Shown here one piece after another: positions 59,296 through 64,000 of a DNA stretch of 64,000 nt. The position numbers and the translations under genes are program-made. The DNA lies in the IMG/VR virus record IMGVR_UViG_3300014043_000503, positions 51,182 to 115,181 of that record; one strand, given 5' to 3'. This DNA comes from a virus (Duplodnaviria > Caudoviricetes). Under the pieces are notes generated by a model. The model did not search any database and had not been told where the DNA came from. It worked only from the letters and a program-made list of their open reading frames with translations. Each line of letters starts with the position of its first letter. Position 1 is the first letter of the stretch.

Positions 59296-59957
59296 TGACT
59301 ACGTTAAGGAAAGGTGCGAAAGGCGAAGAGGTGAAGACGCTCCAGAGGCTTCTCGGAATAGCGGTCGATGGAGTGTTTGGTATCTATACTGAGAAAGCCG
59401 TCAGGGAACTGCAGTTAAAGAGCGGTCTTTCAGTTGACGGCGTTGTAGGCACTAAGACATGGGATATCCTTCTTGCCGGTAACAAGGCAAATGATTCCGG
59501 CATGCTGACAGGCGCAAGGGGAACGAGGGCCATCACGTGGATCTTCGTCCATGCGACGGCCAGCAACCAGAGGACAACGACCGTCAACACCCTGAAGTCT
59601 GAGTTCAAGGCTCGTGGATGGAAGAGCCCCGGATATCACTATGTGGTGTTCCCAGACGGCCATGTGGTGCAGATGCTTTCAGAAAGCGGAGTGGCCAACG
59701 GTGTGAAGGGGTATAACTCAAATTCCATCCATGTCTCTTGGGTAGGTGGCTACAATGGAGTTGACAACAGGACGGCAGCCCAGAAGCTCACGCTCATCAA
59801 GGTACTGAAGGAACTGAGGAAGAAATATCCAAAGGCAAAGATTCTCGGTCATAGGGACATCAGCCCCGACAAGAACCATAACGGCATCGTGGATCCATGG
59901 GAGAGAATCAAGGAGTGCCCTTGCTTTTCCGCTATTGTTGAATATAGAAGCATATAA
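59295..59957 (+). CDS. Endolysin: peptidoglycan-binding domain plus N-acetylmuramoyl-L-alanine amidase
   Basis: LRKG..VKTLQ..VDGVFG..VDGVVG; VHATA, GYHY, GHRD, KECPCF. Confidence 0.92.
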   Translation: MTTLRKGAKGEEVKTLQRLLGIAVDGVFGIYTEKAVRELQLKSGLSVDGVVGTKTWDILLAGNKANDSGMLTGARGTRAITWIFVHATASNQRTTTVNTLKSEFKARGWKSPGYHYVVFPDGHVVQMLSESGVANGVKGYNSNSIHVSWVGGYNGVDNRTAAQKLTLIKVLKELRKKYPKAKILGHRDISPDKNHNGIVDPWERIKECPCFSAIVEYRSI

Positions 59958-59958
59958 T

Positions 59959-60486
59959 ATGAGAAGAAAAAACTTATCATTTATTGGTTTTCCATTGTAT
60001 GATATTTGTGATGATGGAACCGTTATCAGCTTATTTTACAGAAGAGGCAAAGGGGAGCATCCTATGAAACCAAATAAAGATACAAAGGGTTATTATCAGG
60101 TTGGTCTTAGAAATGATGATGGGAAGAAAATGTGTGTAGTGCATCGGCTTGTTGCAATGGCTTTTTTACCAAATCCAAACAATTACGATCAGGTCAATCA
60201 TAAAGATGAGAATAAGACAAATAACTGTGTAGATAATTTAGAGTGGTGCAATAATAAGTACAATTCTAATTACGGCACAAGAAATGAAAGGATGGCGAAA
60301 ACTTTAAAAGGTATGCCAAAACCTCATTTTCAAAAAAGAGTTGAGCAGTTAGACTTAGGTGGTAATCATATAGCTTATTATAATGGAGTGAGAGAGGCTG
60401 AAAGAATGACTGGTGCGTGGGGTATATCAAAAGTATGCCTAAATAAATCAAAAACGTCTGGAGGATATAAGTGGCGTTATATATAA
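59959..60486 (+). CDS. Free-standing HNH homing endonuclease (NUMOD4/HNH/NUMOD1-like)
   Basis: VHRLVAMAF, VNHKDENKTNNCVDNLEWC, GGYKWRY; AT-rich. Confidence 0.88.
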   Translation: MRRKNLSFIGFPLYDICDDGTVISLFYRRGKGEHPMKPNKDTKGYYQVGLRNDDGKKMCVVHRLVAMAFLPNPNNYDQVNHKDENKTNNCVDNLEWCNNKYNSNYGTRNERMAKTLKGMPKPHFQKRVEQLDLGGNHIAYYNGVREAERMTGAWGISKVCLNKSKTSGGYKWRYI

Positions 60487-60531
60487 TATAAATACTTTAC
60501 TTAATAATTACTTAACAATAACTTAATAAGC

Positions 60532-61122
60532 ATGAAGGACAAGATTATTATCGGGCTGGCAATAGCACTTGTTGCAGCTCTCTCATCAGTCGGGTTCATA
60601 GGCGTAAAGTATCAGAAAGCAAAGGAGAAATCTGAGACGCTTGAGAATACTGTGACAGACATGAACCAGGAGATTAAGAAGAGAATCGTTTCCCTTAATG
60701 ATTCCGTAAAAGCCTATGTGTCAGAGGTTAACGCGCTGAATATGACCATAGACAACCTGAATGCGCGATACGGCGAGACTCTGAAGAAGCTGTCAGTAAA
60801 GCCTAAGGACGTTGACCATTACATAGAGGTTAAGTCTGAGATAAGAGATACGGTTAAGGTTCCAGTCTATTATGATTCATTCGGCGGTATGGAAACGAGC
60901 TATAAGGATGATTTCACGGATATAAACGTTAAGATAGGAACTGACAAGCAGGCTGAGATAGATTATAAGCTTAATACATCGCTCTCAGTTATCAATACTC
61001 AGAAACGTCACTCGTTATTATTTGGTCTCATTAAATGGAAGGAAACCGAGAAGACGCTTGTCCTGAGTAAGAACCCAAAAGAAAACATCGAGAATATCGA
61101 ATACATAAACGTCATAGAATGA
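60532..61122 (+). CDS. Spanin-like membrane-anchored coiled-coil protein
   Basis: N-terminal TM, coiled coil, located after the endolysin. Confidence 0.5.
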   Translation: MKDKIIIGLAIALVAALSSVGFIGVKYQKAKEKSETLENTVTDMNQEIKKRIVSLNDSVKAYVSEVNALNMTIDNLNARYGETLKKLSVKPKDVDHYIEVKSEIRDTVKVPVYYDSFGGMETSYKDDFTDINVKIGTDKQAEIDYKLNTSLSVINTQKRHSLLFGLIKWKETEKTLVLSKNPKENIENIEYINVIE

Positions 61123-61266
61123 ACATGAACGATGCAATCAGGAAAATACAGGAGGCGTCCCTGAAGAATACCGCAAGGGTCAGGAATGTCGTCTGCGGAA
61201 ACAAAAGCCAAAAGTCAATAAAAGGAATGTTATAAGTTAGTTATTAGATTATTAGTCTGTTTCTGG

Positions 61267-61299
61267 AACCTGCTGTCAGTGATTGATGGCAGGTTTTTT
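61267..61299 (+). terminator. Rho-independent terminator
   Basis: AACCTGCTGTCA-GTGAT-TGATGGCAGGTT plus T run. Confidence 0.8.
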
Positions 61300-61340
61300 A
61301 ATATATTACCCTTCTTAATGTCTATTATGTAAGAAAAGAC

Positions 61341-62927
61341 ATGAAGAGACTGGTAGAACCGAAAGGAATCACGATTGATTTCAAACCGTCAGCAAAGCAA
61401 TACCTTGTGTGGGAGCATCTTCAGCCTAACTATTGTCCTAAGTGCCATCACGAGGGGTTGGAGATGAAGAGGGTTGGAGAAGATAAGTTTGGCAATCCCA
61501 TCCATAAGGCTGTATGTTCACATTGTGGAAATGTCAATATTCCTCAGCAAGTGTTGATCGGCGGCGCGGCCGGCGGAGGAAAGTCGTGGCTTATAAGTTG
61601 CTTTCTCATAAGCAGTTGCATCAGATTTCCTGGTATAAGGACCATCGTGGGACGTAGGACGTTGAAGAGCCTGAAAGAATCTACGTGGCTTACTATATTA
61701 CAGGTGCTTGCTGATTGGGGGCTGAAACAGGATGAACACTTCAGGATAAACAACGTGGCATCCACAATAACGTTCTGGAACGGCTCTACTATATTGGGAA
61801 TGGAATTGTCGCCCTCACTTCAAGACCCTGAATATCAGCGCTTCGGTTCATTGGAGGCTACAATATGTGGACTGGACGAGGTGGCTGAAATTCCTGAGAA
61901 GGCCGTTGAAGTGTTGTTTTCCCGACTACGTTACATGACTGCTGAGACATTCAAAGTGCCTAAGATGGTGATGAGCTGCAACCCTACCCTGCAGTGGCCT
62001 AAGAGGGTGTTTGTTATGGACGATGATGGAAATCCCCCACATTTGGATGAGGGTATGTTCTATATCCCCTTCACCCTTTTCGATAATCCCAACAAGGCTT
62101 TCGTCCAGACATACTTCAACCTTCTGAGAAAGATACGTGACAAGGCTACGAGGGAAAGGCTCACCTATGGAAACTGGGATTTCGTGGAAGCTAACAAGAT
62201 GGCTGCGTACTGGAGCTTTGACGGTGAGAAGCATTTGAAGAGTGGGCTGTTCGAAAGCCGGTTCGACCCGACAAAACCGATCATCATATCATGCGACTTC
62301 AACGTATCGCCGTGGATGGTCTGGCTCATGATCCAGGTTGACTATGACGAGAAGTGTCTCTACGTCTTCAATGAGTATGTTGGCAAGCCTGAGGACAAGC
62401 TCAACAACACCCCTGCCCTATCGCGACATGTGGCAAAGGAACTGAGGAAGACTGGATATATCAATGAGATCGTGGTTACTGGCGATCCAGCCGGTCTTGC
62501 AAGGTCAACCCAGACCGAGGATGGCGTGAATAACTATACCATCATAAAGGATGCCATGCTTGAGGAGGGTATCAAGTCCAAGACAAGCGTCCTTCCCAAG
62601 CAACCGGCACAGACCACGAGGCTTGAGTTTATCAATAAGTGCTTCGAGGGGTATGATGGCTGGACGGTCATGATAGATCTCAAATGCAGGAGGCTTACCG
62701 AGGACATGATATACCAGAAAAAGAATCCTGACGGCACGAAGGAGAAGAAGAAGGTACTGGATGAGAACGGCAACAAATCAGAGAGGTATGGCCACGCCTC
62801 AGACTGCCTCGACTATGCCATGTGCTATTTTCTTGACCGTTCCTACAGCAAGTTCAAATCCGGCACCATCCCTACAGTCACAACCATCGGGGATGATGTT
62901 GAGATGTACGACCAGTTTATGTACTGA
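61341..62927 (+). CDS. terL: Terminase large subunit
   Basis: GGAAGGGKS Walker A, LDE Walker B, SCNP, GNWD, DFN, GDPAG, HASDCLDY. Confidence 0.9.
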   Translation: MKRLVEPKGITIDFKPSAKQYLVWEHLQPNYCPKCHHEGLEMKRVGEDKFGNPIHKAVCSHCGNVNIPQQVLIGGAAGGGKSWLISCFLISSCIRFPGIRTIVGRRTLKSLKESTWLTILQVLADWGLKQDEHFRINNVASTITFWNGSTILGMELSPSLQDPEYQRFGSLEATICGLDEVAEIPEKAVEVLFSRLRYMTAETFKVPKMVMSCNPTLQWPKRVFVMDDDGNPPHLDEGMFYIPFTLFDNPNKAFVQTYFNLLRKIRDKATRERLTYGNWDFVEANKMAAYWSFDGEKHLKSGLFESRFDPTKPIIISCDFNVSPWMVWLMIQVDYDEKCLYVFNEYVGKPEDKLNNTPALSRHVAKELRKTGYINEIVVTGDPAGLARSTQTEDGVNNYTIIKDAMLEEGIKSKTSVLPKQPAQTTRLEFINKCFEGYDGWTVMIDLKCRRLTEDMIYQKKNPDGTKEKKKVLDENGNKSERYGHASDCLDYAMCYFLDRSYSKFKSGTIPTVTTIGDDVEMYDQFMY

Positions 62928-62956
62928 AAAATACTATTATATAGAAAATCTCAAAA

Positions 62957-64000
62957 ATGGCTGAAGCAAGATACCTCACAGACAGGGATTACCTGATGAT
63001 CATCACCGAAGAGCACCTGAAGATGCTTCTCAGGGACGTTCATGACAGGATTATACAGGCGGAGCAGAGCGCCGAGATGGACTTCCTTGAATACCTCGAC
63101 CAGTACTATTGCGTAAAGGAAGAGTTCGCGAAGGGTAGGATGATAAGGGAGTACAACGATGACATAACCTATCCGGCTGACGTGTATTTCATGTACCAGG
63201 ATGAGATATACCGCTCTCTCACCCCCATAAACGGCTACAAGAAACCCACCTCGATAAGATACTGGAGGGTTCTCTCAGACTTGTCGGCAGTACGTGACCT
63301 CGACAAAGTTCCCAACTACAGGCAGCTCGGGACATACAGGCCAGGAGATATCGTAAGGTTCTCCAATTCCTATTTCGAGTGCCTTGAGAAGAACGGCTTT
63401 GATTTCGGCAACATAAGGATTCCAGGTCTCGTATGCTGGGTTCCCGTCGCAACAGTCACATGGGAACAGTATGCCGAGTATGGGCTTCACACCGTCGCGG
63501 GCTATCAGGGAAACTACTATATGCTTGATACGCTTGAGGGATTCGATTCCGGCCTGAACCCCGTAGAGAGTGACTGCTGGTCTCAGATCGGCGAGTACAT
63601 TGACGATATCTCCACCTATGCCTACAGCGTTGAGGATGAGGACTACGACTACGTTGTCTCAGAGGGCCTTGTCTTCAAGCCTGTCATAAACCCGAATGCA
63701 GACAAGCTGGAGGAGGGCAAGAACATCGTGAAGGAGGATCCCAGGAACAGGAACATTATCAAGCACCTTGTGAGGATAGCGACGTACTACCTGCACCAGA
63801 CCATCAGCCCCACGAACATATCCGAGACAAGGAGGGTTATGTATGAGGATTCGATGGACTGGCTCTACAAGGCTTCCAAGTTCAAGCTCAATCCCCAGAT
63901 TCCGAGAAGGAAGGATGAGAAGGGCATGGACAAGGTTGACTGGGCAGTGGCGACATTTGAGCGGGCGTTGAACCCTTATGAAAATCCGTGGATGATTTGA
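62957..64000 (+). CDS. Head-completion/connector protein (Mu gp36/DUF1320-like) with internal aromatic repeats
   Basis: N-terminal YLTDRDY..QAEQSA..YL and C-terminal RN..IATYYL..RRVMYEDSMDWL flanking Y/W-rich modules. Confidence 0.5.
   Translation: MAEARYLTDRDYLMIITEEHLKMLLRDVHDRIIQAEQSAEMDFLEYLDQYYCVKEEFAKGRMIREYNDDITYPADVYFMYQDEIYRSLTPINGYKKPTSIRYWRVLSDLSAVRDLDKVPNYRQLGTYRPGDIVRFSNSYFECLEKNGFDFGNIRIPGLVCWVPVATVTWEQYAEYGLHTVAGYQGNYYMLDTLEGFDSGLNPVESDCWSQIGEYIDDISTYAYSVEDEDYDYVVSEGLVFKPVINPNADKLEEGKNIVKEDPRNRNIIKHLVRIATYYLHQTISPTNISETRRVMYEDSMDWLYKASKFKLNPQIPRRKDEKGMDKVDWAVATFERALNPYENPWMI

Noticed and set aside
59935-60486. HNH gene as part of a group I intron in the endolysin
   Set aside because: The amidase is complete (KECPCF...EY) before the HNH start, and the flanks leave no room for an intron core.
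60499-60530. Three imperfect 11-bp repeats ACTTAAYAA
   Set aside because: Low-complexity AT-rich spacer without unique spacers; not a CRISPR array and no supportable function.
1-64000. Stop-codon reassignment, CRISPR array, tRNA or rRNA genes
   Set aside because: Genes are full length in the standard code with TAA, TAG and TGA all used as stops; no repeat-spacer array or tRNA cloverleaf was seen by eye.

Overview
The window is 64 kb of a large contractile-tailed (myovirus-like) phage genome. Its host is probably a Bacteroidota member, judged from TAnnTTTG promoters and BspA-like fibre repeats. Layout: head genes (ClpP-like protease, capsid); tail genes (sheath, tube, frameshifted chaperone, a second sheath paralogue, tape measure); baseplate genes; a ~2100-aa fibre/receptor-binding protein ending in a four-cassette shufflon with its tyrosine invertase; a second baseplate/fibre cluster; a replication and recombination module (SSB, SbcD/SbcC-like, RuvC-like, sigma factor, helicase, primase, two-piece DnaE, DnaQ-like); and packaging and lysis genes. 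Two TnpB-only IS200/IS605-family genes and a free-standing HNH endonuclease are inserted. Main unusual observations: (1) a small membrane protein with its own host-type promoter that copies a 51-aa segment of the phage's own tape measure protein, a candidate decoy-type superinfection exclusion factor; (2) a ~640-nt structured ROOL-like RNA on the minus strand; (3) a DnaE split at a splicing-dead, truncated split-intein remnant; (4) the fibre shufflon; (5) a CTATTAT late-promoter motif, including a duplicated divergent promoter unit that points at tnpB in one copy and at the large RNA in the other. All calls come from reading motifs by eye; no database search was run.
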